The notes under the pieces are model-generated. The model ran no database searches, had not been told where the DNA came from, and saw nothing but the letters and a program-made list of their open reading frames with translations. A program made the position numbers and the translations under genes. Shown one piece after another: positions 34,601 to 41,786 of a DNA stretch of 58,780 nucleotides (position 1 is its first letter; each line of letters opens with the position of its first letter). Origin of the DNA: Acidobacteriota bacterium (GTDB lineage: Bacteria; Acidobacteriota; Thermoanaerobaculia; UBA5066; Gp7-AA6); assembly GCA_031360505.1 (NCBI GenBank), contig JANMBR010000100.1, positions 1 to 58,780 of the forward strand. Reading direction: 5' to 3'.

Positions 34601-35036
34601 CCTCCGACAGGCGCGCCCCCGGCGCATCCTCTTTCTGCACGGACTCGAAGCCGACCAGCTCGCCGAGCGGCGAGACCGTGACGTACTCCTCCTCCTTGAC
34701 CCCGGAGCGGAACCAGCGCATCCGCCACTGCCAGATCTTGGCTTCGCGTCCGTAAATCTTCCCGGCGCGCTCCAGGCCGAGCTCGCGCTCGAGATAAACC
34801 TTCGCGGTCTCGTCGACGCTGAACTCGCCCGCGAACCGGCCGCCCGGGATGTCGCGCCCGCGCTCCCGCAGGAGCTTTTCGGCGACACTCCGCGCCCCCG
34901 CGCGATCCACCTTGAACTCGATCGACGCTTCTGGAAACGCGCGGCGAAAGAGGCCGCTCGTCACCGCTGCGCCCGCCGCGATCACGAAGAGACAGGAGGC
35001 GATGAAGCGGGTGTCCCTGCGGTCGAGCCTTTCCAT
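31629..35036 (-). CDS. Giant polytopic membrane protein with a CPBP (CAAX-protease/Abi-like) intramembrane protease core and duplicated ectodomains
   Basis: CPBP motifs EEGISRMF (EExxxR), FIWGFGHSTY (FxxxH) and WHFTVDALY (HxxxD). Two similar ectodomains of about 200 aa, each following a TM helix. I moved the start to the ATG at 35036 (MERLDRR...) to avoid overlapping the upstream SDR gene. Confidence 0.85.
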   Translation of the reverse strand: MERLDRRDTRFIASCLFVIAAGAAVTSGLFRRAFPEASIEFKVDRAGARSVAEKLLRERGRDIPGGRFAGEFSVDETAKVYLERELGLERAGKIYGREAKIWQWRMRWFRSGVKEEEYVTVSPLGELVGFESVQKEDAPGARLSEADARAIALRFLASRQMPESALKAIEATPVSRPNRTDWTFVDEKAGIRFADATVRFATTVAGDRVTGFSEFVHVPEAWMRDYQKLRSKNEAAGQIATFALFATLIAMLAVLVRKIVLKDVPWKLVGAFGAIAFVLSLLSMVNGLPSTLWGYDTASPLSAYVAEELVRGILGAVATGAGIAIVVAAAEPMYRERFPRQFSLGGAFSVRGIQTKAFFRSVLLGYALVAFFFAYQATFYVVAGHFGAWSPAEIPYDDMLNTALPWATVLLIGFLPAVAEEGISRMFSISFLDRLGAGRVVAVLVPAFIWGFGHSTYPNQPFYIRGLEVGLAGVVMGFLMLRYGVVPLLVWHFTVDALYTALVLLRSGNSYYVVSGAVAAGILLLPLFVSLVLYARRGGFLPATGLTNGDQGFVPESAAPAPAAASVADVRPLSRGVRVGAAVAALVLVSSFFVPSDSDPTLVEDATGRAAAEATARRFLVVNGVDPEPWTSVAYTGTGFTYDESLRAARPQDASGIPPFSYDAARYVIAQGGPAAFRKLAERQLPLAYWVVRFFQPEKKEEWKVLIDARRGRVVAFVNPVGEDAPAPPPLSAEDARRRAAEVAGKLGYPAAEYAVLEVGTEARPKRVDTTVVLEAKPAGIGQARPRLTAVFHGPRLSSFLPSIQIPESFMREQRKRSSGEVVLTGVRVVAGGALVGLAIILVLRRVREPEFRWRCLGRPLIVAGLLGAAGLANTWPALFRQYDTKKPMGLFRLGAGVSLVFGLLAILLVACVGLVLCAAARPGWVAALRRKGSLADALLRAALAAAGLAGLSRWFHVVSSRVPALYDPDPSLPGSLGNAVPAMDAVWAAARGAFGLAAVAAVATLAWKSTFFRTTAGRALGVLALVVVMLPSELRSRPEFALEFLSGVLAAAWIAVCAFGLLRDHAAAWALFGLFSFGGRAAVDLLAQPASADVAQGGLAVFLLLLFGLALLAGRRDQAPVSPAALTTPSSGTA

Positions 35037-35049
35037 GGGAGTCGCCGGC

Positions 35050-35820
35050 CTATCCTGCCAGCACGCTCCCGCCATTGACGTTCAGGACCTCGCCCTGGAC
35101 GTGCCGCGCGAGGTCCGACACGAGAAAGAGGATCGGCCCGGCGATGTCGGCCGCCGAGGCGACGCGGCCAATCGGAATCCCCTTCTCGATCTCGGTGCGC
35201 TCGAGCGGATTGCCGAGCGTTGCGGCCGACATGTCCGTATCGACCCAGCCCGGCGCGACGCAGTTGACCCGGATGCCCCGGGGCCCAAGCTCCGCTGCCA
35301 GGGACTTCGTGTACGCGATGAGCGCGCCCTTCGAAGCGGCGTAGGCGGAGTGCCGCGCTTCTCCGCGCTGACCCGCCGTGGAGGAGATGAAGACGATCGA
35401 CCCGCCCGTCTTCTCGAGGTGCGGGATGGCCGCGTCGGTCACGAGGAAGGTCCCGCGCTGGTTGATCGCGTACGTGCGGTCCCAGACGTCGACCCGACCC
35501 TGCCCCGCCACGTCCTCGTCCCAGATGCCGGCGTTGTTGATGACGATGTCGAGCCGCTCCCACGCGCTGACGACGTCGCGCACGAGCTGGCGCGCCTCCC
35601 CCGGCTGCGAGACGTCGCCCGCGAGCGCCATCACCTCGCCGCCCGCCGCGCGGATCTCGCGCACCGCCTTGTTGGCCGAGGCTTCGTCGCGCACGTAGTT
35701 GATCGCCACCCGAACGCCCGCCCGGGCGAGCAGGTCGGCGGCCGCCCGGCCGATGCCGCGCGAACCCCCGGTGATCAGGGCAGTTCGGGGCGAGAGATCG
35801 AGGATGAAACTGTCCGACAT
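35050..35820 (-). CDS. SDR-family oxidoreductase (FabG-like)
   Basis: Cofactor motif TGGSRGIG, NNAG, and catalytic YAASKGAL. Confidence 0.92.
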   Translation of the reverse strand: MSDSFILDLSPRTALITGGSRGIGRAAADLLARAGVRVAINYVRDEASANKAVREIRAAGGEVMALAGDVSQPGEARQLVRDVVSAWERLDIVINNAGIWDEDVAGQGRVDVWDRTYAINQRGTFLVTDAAIPHLEKTGGSIVFISSTAGQRGEARHSAYAASKGALIAYTKSLAAELGPRGIRVNCVAPGWVDTDMSAATLGNPLERTEIEKGIPIGRVASAADIAGPILFLVSDLARHVQGEVLNVNGGSVLAG

Positions 35821-35904
35821 TTCGCTCCGTATACTAAGTTAGACATCGATCACCTACCCAAAGACAGGGCGGCGACCGCGCAAGCGGCGCCGTCCCCCGC
35901 ACGC

Positions 35905-37281
35905 TCACCGCCTGGAAGTCACCCCCCCGATCAAGCCCGCAACGTAGGCCGAGATCGTCTCCAGGACCGGAGCCGAGGTCTTCAACCGCACGTCCACGTC
36001 GGCCGCACGCACGAGGGCCTGCGCCAGCTCCCGCGAGCTGAACTGGCAGGAGCGCTGGGCCGCCTTGTACAGCGCAAAGGGATGCGGCGGGCCCTTCGTC
36101 CCCTCGAAGGGGGAACGCGAGTAGGGCGCCACCGGCGCGAGCAGCCGCGGCAGGACGCGGGCCTGGAACGCGGAATACGGCATCGACGCGTTGAAGCCGC
36201 CCGGGCCCGCCTCGTCGAGGCGTGAGCGCAGCAGCAGCATGCGCCGGACTTCGCTCGCGATCATCCCGAAGAGCTGGATGGGCCAGATTTCCTCGATCTT
36301 CTCGAATGCGCGGTCGCCCTGACGCACGTCCCTGCCGTCGAAAAGCCGCTCGAGCCGCTGCAGCGCGTCTCCCGCGTCGCGGCGGCCGATCGCGTCGAAG
36401 AGCCCGTACACGTCCTCCGAGGACTCGTCCTCGACATTTGCCTCGACGTCCGCGGCGCGGATCCGCCCGCCCTTGCTGGCCCACTCGAGCAGCTTCGCGA
36501 GCTCCGCGGCAAACATCGCGGCGTCCGCGTCGGTGCGCATCAGCAGGCGGTCGATCGCGGCGGAGTCGACGACGACCTCCCGCTCTTTCCCGAGCGTTTC
36601 GGCCAGCCGGCGCAGGGCGGGCCCGGGATCGTCGCCGACCGAGGTCTCGAGCACGAGGCCGCGCGCCGTGATCTCCTGAAGCAGGTCCACGCCGGCCGGC
36701 GGCGAGACCGCCGTCAGCAGCGCCACCGTGCCGTCGTTCTTCTCGCGCTCGAGGAGCACACGCAGCGCCGCCTTGAGCACGGCGGGGCCTCCGCTTTTCT
36801 CTTCGGGCAGCTCCTTCAGGATCTCGGCGAGCAGCGCCGCGTCGTCCTTCTTGCGGACCCGCTTCGCGGCCGCCTCGGCGTTCTCGACCGGATCCGCGCC
36901 CGAAGGCAGGTCGAGGGCCGCGAGCAGCGCCCGCGCGTGCTGGAAGGCCTCGCGCCGCCCGCCCGCGCCGCCCTTGCCCCAGGCCTCGAGCGCTTTGGTC
37001 ACCAGGCGGCCCGGAGACTCGGTGCCGAGCAGCCGCGAGATGTCGAGCTCGACGATCCGGCGCGCCGAAAAGAGTGAGCGATTCAGCAGCGCATCCGACA
37101 CGGCTTCCGCGGCAGCGTCGTCCTCGAACCGGAGGACCTCGGCGTCCTCGCCGGCGAGCGTCTCGCGCACGCGCGCGGCCGCTTCCTTCACGAAGAAGTC
37201 CACGTTGCCCACGACGAGGATGGCCGAAGGCGCGTCGCTGAACTTCGGGAGGGACTTGTCAGAAAACGGGGACTTGGGCAT
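35905..37281 (-). CDS. holA: DNA polymerase III delta subunit
   Basis: Start moved to the ATG at 37281 (MPKSPFSDK...). HolA-like features: ILVVGNVDFFVKEAA, LLNRSLFSARRIVEL, and a C-terminal helical domain with ...GDALQRLERL...IQLFGMIASEVRRMLLLR. It is longer than typical HolA. Confidence 0.7.
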   Translation of the reverse strand: MPKSPFSDKSLPKFSDAPSAILVVGNVDFFVKEAAARVRETLAGEDAEVLRFEDDAAAEAVSDALLNRSLFSARRIVELDISRLLGTESPGRLVTKALEAWGKGGAGGRREAFQHARALLAALDLPSGADPVENAEAAAKRVRKKDDAALLAEILKELPEEKSGGPAVLKAALRVLLEREKNDGTVALLTAVSPPAGVDLLQEITARGLVLETSVGDDPGPALRRLAETLGKEREVVVDSAAIDRLLMRTDADAAMFAAELAKLLEWASKGGRIRAADVEANVEDESSEDVYGLFDAIGRRDAGDALQRLERLFDGRDVRQGDRAFEKIEEIWPIQLFGMIASEVRRMLLLRSRLDEAGPGGFNASMPYSAFQARVLPRLLAPVAPYSRSPFEGTKGPPHPFALYKAAQRSCQFSSRELAQALVRAADVDVRLKTSAPVLETISAYVAGLIGGVTSRR

Positions 37282-37304
37282 CTGAGGCCAGTCTAAAGTC
37301 AAAT

Positions 37305-37393
37305 GGGGTCAGGTCTCTCATAGTGTGAGTTTGAGGACCCGCGGTCCTATTCGACCATCCCTCACAAACTCGCACATTGAGAGACCTGACCCC
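37305..37393. repeat. MITE-like palindromic intergenic element, copy 2 (89 bp)
   Basis: Same termini as copy 1 (GGGGTCAGGTCTCTCATAGTGTGAGTTT ... TTGAGAGACCTGACCCC). The core carries an AGGACC-CGC-GGTCCT hairpin. It lies between the dksA-like terminator and the holA start. Confidence 0.85.
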
Positions 37394-37410
37394 AGCAAGA
37401 AGACCCCAGC

Positions 37411-37446
37411 AAAAAAAGGGCCCCGCCGGCGAAACCGGCGGGGCCC
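37411..37446 (-). terminator. Strong rho-independent terminator after the DksA/TraR-like gene
   Basis: Minus strand reads GGGCCCCGCCGG-TTTCG-CCGGCGGGGCCC (perfect 12-bp stem) followed by T7, 30 nt after the stop at 37477. Confidence 0.85.
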
Positions 37447-37476
37447 ATGTGAGCAAAGAAACCGTGCAGGCTGGAA

Positions 37477-37866
37477 CTAGTCCTGGAGCATCCCCTTTTC
37501 CTCGAGCTCCTGGCAGTCGAGGCAGTAAGGCGCCCAGGGAACCGCGTTCAACCGCTTCTCCGAGAGAAGGGCTCCGCAGTGGATGCAGTTGCCGTAAATC
37601 ACGTCGTCGATCCGCGTGATGGCGTCGTCGATCTGGAGCAGGGTCGAGCGCTCGCCGTCGGTCAGCGAATAGAGAAACTCCCGCGTGTACGAGGAGACTG
37701 CCTTGTCGGCGATGTCCTGGGTCGCTTCTTCCGTCGTCTCCACCTCGGCGCTGCGAGTCTTGGCGATCTCGGCCGAAAGCAGGGCCTTCTTCTCTTCGAG
37801 GGGCCGGCGGAACTTCTCCTGGTCTTTCTTGGTCATCCGCGCGGCCTTGGTCGCTGTCGAAGGCAT
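37477..37866 (-). CDS. DksA/TraR-family C4 zinc-finger protein
   Basis: An N-terminal coiled-coil region, then CIHCGALLSEKRLNAVPWAPYCLDCQ (CxxC-N17-CxxC). AAGGAG RBS 8 nt upstream. Confidence 0.88.
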   Translation of the reverse strand: MPSTATKAARMTKKDQEKFRRPLEEKKALLSAEIAKTRSAEVETTEEATQDIADKAVSSYTREFLYSLTDGERSTLLQIDDAITRIDDVIYGNCIHCGALLSEKRLNAVPWAPYCLDCQELEEKGMLQD

Positions 37867-37991
37867 TCGTGGGTCTCCTTTTCTCGGGGCCCCTGACTCG
37901 AGCGCAGGGGCTCATTTTTGCGATCCGGAATGATAGCCGATTTCGGAGAGAAGTCCAGCCGATACCGACAGTTAACGCCCTCTTAATGCCC

Positions 37992-38939
37992 TCATTTCTT
38001 TTCCCGCTCCCACAGGAACTTGCGCGAAACGCCGAGTCGCTTCGCCGCGAGCGACCGGTTGCCGCCCGCCCGGCGCAGTGTCTCGTCGATGTACGCGTCC
38101 GTGAGCTCCTTCAACGTCCAGCGATTCTCGCCTGCCGCCGCCAGAAGCGACTCGGGGGCGCCGAGCGCGCCGGTCGGAAGGTCCTCCGGGCCGATTTCGG
38201 CGGCATCCGCGGTGAGCACGGCCTTGTCGACGACGTGCAGGAGCTCGCGCACGTTGCCCGGCCAGGAGTGGCGCAGGAGCGTCTTCTCCGCTTCCGGTGT
38301 GAAATTCCGGGCGGGCCGGGTGTACGCGCGCGCGGCGCGTTTCAGAAACTCGCGCGCCAGCGGCAGGATGTCTTCCCGCCGGTCGGCCAGGCGCGGCAAC
38401 CGCACGGACACGACGTCGATGCGGTAGAAAAAGTCGTCGCGGAAGGCCCCCTGCTCGACGAGGACCGCGAGGTCGCGGCGCGAGGACACGATCAGCCGCG
38501 CCCGGAAGGGGTGCGTCACGACCCCGGAAAGCCGCCGGAAATTCTTTTCCTGAAGCACCCGCAGGAACTTCGCCTGGGCTGCCGGCGAAAGCGACGACAC
38601 CTCGTCGAGATAGACGGTCCCCTCTTCGGCAACCTCGAGGAGCCCCTTCTTCGCCGCGAACGCGCCCGTGAAGGCGCCGCGCTCGTGGCCGAACAACTCG
38701 CTCTCGAACAGCTCCTCCGAGAGGTTGGCGGCGTCGATGCGGACGAAGGGACTCGTCGCCCGGGAGGAGACGTCGTGGATCGCGCGGGCCAGGCGGTCCT
38801 TCCCGGTGCCGCTCTCCCCCAGGATCAGGATCGTCGAGGGCAGGTCTGCGGCCCGATCGAGCGACCCGATCTCACGCCCGAGCGCGCGGTTGCGCGTCTT
38901 GAACTGCGAGCGCAGGCCGCCGGTCGGACTTTTCGCCAT
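37992..38939 (-). CDS. Sigma-54 enhancer-binding protein lacking any N-terminal sensory or receiver domain (AAA+ plus HTH only)
   Basis: The track ORF 37992..39605 is a run-on through rsfS and nadD. The real start is the ATG at 38939 (MAKSPTGG...). Walker A GESGTGKD sits at about residue 50. It has an intact GAFTGA loop (HERGAFTGA), WPGNVRELLH, and a C-terminal Fis-type HTH (NRSLAAKRLGVSRKFL). Confidence 0.88.
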   Translation of the reverse strand: MAKSPTGGLRSQFKTRNRALGREIGSLDRAADLPSTILILGESGTGKDRLARAIHDVSSRATSPFVRIDAANLSEELFESELFGHERGAFTGAFAAKKGLLEVAEEGTVYLDEVSSLSPAAQAKFLRVLQEKNFRRLSGVVTHPFRARLIVSSRRDLAVLVEQGAFRDDFFYRIDVVSVRLPRLADRREDILPLAREFLKRAARAYTRPARNFTPEAEKTLLRHSWPGNVRELLHVVDKAVLTADAAEIGPEDLPTGALGAPESLLAAAGENRWTLKELTDAYIDETLRRAGGNRSLAAKRLGVSRKFLWEREKK

Positions 38940-38980
38940 GTTGCTAGGCCGGCGCTCGCCCCGGGGCGAGCCGCCGACCG

Positions 38981-39334
38981 CTAGCTCGCCGCGAACTGGC
39001 CCGTGGCATTTGGCGCGTCGCCCCAGAGGCGCTCGAGGGCGTAGAACCGTCGGGCCTCTTCCTGGAAGACGTGGAAGACGACGTCGCCGTAGTCCAGCAG
39101 GATCCACCGGGCGCTGTCCTTGCCCTCGACCGCGTTGGCGGGCCCGAGCCGCTCGGCGATGGCATCGGCGATGGCGCGGGCCTGGCGGTCGGAGCTGGCG
39201 GTCGAGAGGACGAAGTAGTCCGCCATCGTGGTCAGGTCGGTCAGATTGAAGACGAGAACGGCGGCGGCTTTGCGGTCGAGCGCCGCGGTCAGACCTTCCC
39301 GGACCCGGTCCTGGGAGGAAAAGCCGGGCTTCAA
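38981..39334 (-). CDS. rsfS: Ribosome silencing factor RsfS (iojap-like)
   Basis: MADYFVLSTASSDRQARAIADAI...WILLDYGDVVFHVFQEEARRFYALERLW is the canonical RsfS pattern. The TTG start overlaps the nadD stop. Confidence 0.9.
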   Translation of the reverse strand: MKPGFSSQDRVREGLTAALDRKAAAVLVFNLTDLTTMADYFVLSTASSDRQARAIADAIAERLGPANAVEGKDSARWILLDYGDVVFHVFQEEARRFYALERLWGDAPNATGQFAAS

Positions 39335-39936
39335 CGCTGGGACATCCCGGACTTGTAGAGACCTTGCTTCGTGATGTACTCCGCGACCGGCCCCGGAACC
39401 CTTCCGCCCATCGCATTGCCTGCCGCCAGATCGTTCCGGAGATCCGTCGCGGAGATTTTAACCGATCCGGCGTCGAAAATCGCCAACCGATCCGCGATAC
39501 CCGGAACCTCGGGCACGACGAGCTTGCGCCCGACGAAAGGCTCGCGGTGGAAGGCGGCGATCCGCGCCAGAGAAAGGATCGCCTCGGGCTCGCGCCAGCG
39601 CGCAAACCCGGCGAGGATGTCGGTTCCCATCAGGAGCCAGAGCTCGTCGCCCGGATGCCGCGCAGCGATCGAACGCAGCGTGTCGAGCGTATACGACGGC
39701 GGCTCGCGGTCGAGTTCCTCGAGATCGATCGACCAATCGGACCGGCCGGACGTCGCGAGCGCAAGCATCGCCACCCGGTGGCGAGCGTCGGTGGGCGGCC
39801 GCTCCTTGTGGGGCGAAAGGCGGGCCGGGACATAGAGGACCCGCCGCAGCTGAAACTTCATCGCCGCGGCTTCGACGGGCAACACGTGGCCGTTGTGGAC
39901 CGGATCGAACGTGCCGCCAAAGACGCCGATGCGCAT
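39331..39936 (-). CDS. nadD: Nicotinate-nucleotide adenylyltransferase
   Basis: MRIGVFGGTFDPVHNGH nucleotidyltransferase motif and a C-terminal ISATDLR motif. Confidence 0.93.
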   Translation of the reverse strand: MRIGVFGGTFDPVHNGHVLPVEAAAMKFQLRRVLYVPARLSPHKERPPTDARHRVAMLALATSGRSDWSIDLEELDREPPSYTLDTLRSIAARHPGDELWLLMGTDILAGFARWREPEAILSLARIAAFHREPFVGRKLVVPEVPGIADRLAIFDAGSVKISATDLRNDLAAGNAMGGRVPGPVAEYITKQGLYKSGMSQR

Positions 39937-39950
39937 GGGTGGAGGTTACG

Positions 39951-41015
39951 CTAAGCGCCGTCATCCGGAGCAAAGCCGCCGTCATCCCGAGCGGCATCGA
40001 GGGACTCCTCGGGACGGGGCGCATGCGGCACCATCGCCTGGAACAGAAACCCCACCAGCTCCTTTAACCCGGCCCCCGTCGCCGCGGAAATCTCGAGAAA
40101 TGGCAGGCCGCGCCTTTCGGCGGCGCTGCGAATCGAGGCGATGCGCCCCGGATCGGACACGGCGTCGCACTTGGACGCGGCGAGGATCCGAGGCCGCCGC
40201 GCAACCTCCGGCGAGAACTGCGTGAGCTCGGACTCGATCGTCGCAACGTCCGATTCGGCGTCCCCCTCCACGGAGGCGTCGACGAGATGGCACAGCAGCC
40301 GGCAGCGCTCGACGTGCTTGAGAAAGCGGATGCCGAGGCCCAATCCGCGGTGCGCCCCCTCGATCAGGCCCGGGATGTCGGCCACGACGAGCGTGCTCCG
40401 GTCGTGGGGCAAAGTGACGACGCCGAGGTGCGGCACGAGGGTCGTGAACGGGTAGTCGGCGATCTTCGGCTTCGCGGCCGAGATCGCCGAGATGAGGGTC
40501 GACTTGCCCGCATTCGGGAAACCGATGATCGCGACGTCGGCGAGCAGCTTGAGCTCGATCGCGAGGCGCCGCTCTGCGCCCGGAAGGCCCGGCTTCGCAA
40601 AGCGCGGCGCCTGGCGTGTGGGCGTGGCGAAGTGCTGGTTGCCCCAGCCGCCGTTGCCGCCCTTGACGAGGAGCACGCGCTGCCCCGCCGTGACGAGGTC
40701 CGCCAGCCGCTCCCCGCTCTCGGCGTCGGTCACGACCGTGCCGAGCGGCAGGTGCACCTCGACGTCGACGCCCGTCTTGCCGTGACAGTTCGAGCCCATG
40801 CCGTGCTCGCCGCGCTCGGCGCGGTAGTTGTTGTGGTGCCGCAGGTGGTAGAGCGTGTTGTAAGACGGGTCGGCGACCGCCCAGACGGATCCGCCGTGGC
40901 CGCCGTCGCCGCCCGAGGGCCCGCCCTTGGCGACGAACTTCTCCCGTCGAAAGGCGATGCAGCCATTGCCGCCGTCGCCCGCCTTGACCTGGATTTCGGC
41001 GGTGTCTATGAACAT
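39951..41015 (-). CDS. obg: GTPase Obg/CgtA
   Basis: Gly-rich Obg fold (FIDTAEIQVKAGDGGNGCIAFRREKF...GGDGGHGGSV), G1 GFPNAGKST, G3 DIPGLIEGA. The last 20 codons or so are encoded by a GTCATCCNGAGC tandem motif. Confidence 0.96.
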   Translation of the reverse strand: MFIDTAEIQVKAGDGGNGCIAFRREKFVAKGGPSGGDGGHGGSVWAVADPSYNTLYHLRHHNNYRAERGEHGMGSNCHGKTGVDVEVHLPLGTVVTDAESGERLADLVTAGQRVLLVKGGNGGWGNQHFATPTRQAPRFAKPGLPGAERRLAIELKLLADVAIIGFPNAGKSTLISAISAAKPKIADYPFTTLVPHLGVVTLPHDRSTLVVADIPGLIEGAHRGLGLGIRFLKHVERCRLLCHLVDASVEGDAESDVATIESELTQFSPEVARRPRILAASKCDAVSDPGRIASIRSAAERRGLPFLEISAATGAGLKELVGFLFQAMVPHAPRPEESLDAARDDGGFAPDDGA

Positions 41016-41022
41016 GGGGGTT

Positions 41023-41050
41023 GAGGGTCTAGGGTCAAGGGTCTAGGGTC
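41023..41050 (-). repeat. 4 x 7-nt tandem array 7 nt upstream of the obg start codon
   Basis: Plus strand reads gagggtc|tagggtc|aagggtc|tagggtc. Confidence 0.8.
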
Positions 41051-41113
41051 GAGAGGAGCAGGAGGGGACGATCCATCGACTCTCGGCGCGGGCTTCTGCC
41101 CGGAGGCAGCCCG

Positions 41114-41371
41114 CTAGCTGGCGATCTCGATCGAGATGTGCCGGCCCAGGCGGCCCTTGTCGTGGAAGCGGACGATGCCAGCCACTTTCGCGAAGAGGGT
41201 GTCGTCCTTGCCGCGGCCGACGTTCACGCCCGCGAAGAACTTCGTGCCGCGCTGCCGGACGAGGATCGTTCCGCCCGGAACGTTCTGGCCGCCGAACGCC
41301 TTCACGCCGAGGCGCTGGGAGTTGGAGTCGCGGCCGTTGCGGGAAGAGCCCTGACCCTTTTTATGTGCCAC
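41114..41371 (-). CDS. rpmA: 50S ribosomal protein L27
   Basis: [24 protein letters not shown]... is canonical L27. Confidence 0.97.
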   Translation of the reverse strand: MAHKKGQGSSRNGRDSNSQRLGVKAFGGQNVPGGTILVRQRGTKFFAGVNVGRGKDDTLFAKVAGIVRFHDKGRLGRHISIEIAS

Positions 41372-41380
41372 GGGCTGCCC

Positions 41381-41707
41381 CTATCCTTCGATCGCTTCGA
41401 TGCGGATCTGGATCATCGTCTGGCGATGGCCCTTGGTGCGACGGTACTGCTTGGTGCGCTTCTTCTTGAAGACGAGGACCTTCTTGGTCCGGATCTCGCC
41501 GAGGACCTTCGCCTGGACCTTCACGCCCTTGAGCGCCTCGGCGCCCGTGCGGACGCCGTTGTCGCCCGAGACGAGAATCACGCTCGCGCCGGACAGCGCA
41601 AGGCTCTCGCCCTTCTTGAGCGAGTCGCCGGAGGGCTTCTCGACGCGGACGATGTCGCCTGCGGCGACCTTGAGCTGTTTACCGCCCGTGCGGACGATGG
41701 CGTACAT
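41381..41707 (-). CDS. rplU: 50S ribosomal protein L21
   Basis: MYAIVRTGGKQLKV... is canonical L21. I prefer the second ATG (41707) over the track start at 41713. Confidence 0.95.
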   Translation of the reverse strand: MYAIVRTGGKQLKVAAGDIVRVEKPSGDSLKKGESLALSGASVILVSGDNGVRTGAEALKGVKVQAKVLGEIRTKKVLVFKKKRTKQYRRTKGHRQTMIQIRIEAIEG

Positions 41708-41724
41708 AGACATAGGAGCCGCGA

Positions 41725-41752
41725 ATCATAAGGGTTTTCGGGGCAAAGTCAA
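41725..41752 (-). promoter_or_regulatory. Candidate sigma-70 promoter of the rplU-rpmA-obg operon
   Basis: Minus strand: TTGACT (41747..41752), 16 nt spacer, TATGAT (41725..41730). The -10 box ends 11-17 nt before the rplU start codons, giving a very short leader. Confidence 0.5.
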
Positions 41753-41786
41753 GCCCCAGTGGAATCAGGGAGTTAGGCCCCGATTT

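Noticed and set aside
31336-35078. 1130-aa (minus, other frame) and 1079-aa (plus) ORFs overlapping the CPBP gene
   Set aside because: Only the 31629..35036 frame shows TM-helix periodicity and the EExxxR/FxxxH/HxxxD motifs. The others are Arg/Pro/Gly runs.
37992-39605. 537-aa run-on ORF suggesting a longer sigma-54 activator with an N-terminal domain
   Set aside because: The extra N-terminal 220 aa or so overlap rsfS and nadD, both unambiguous in other frames. They are Arg/Ser/Pro-rich with no REC, GAF or PAS pattern. The ATG at 38939 gives a clean AAA+ start. The sensor-less status should still be verified against homologues.
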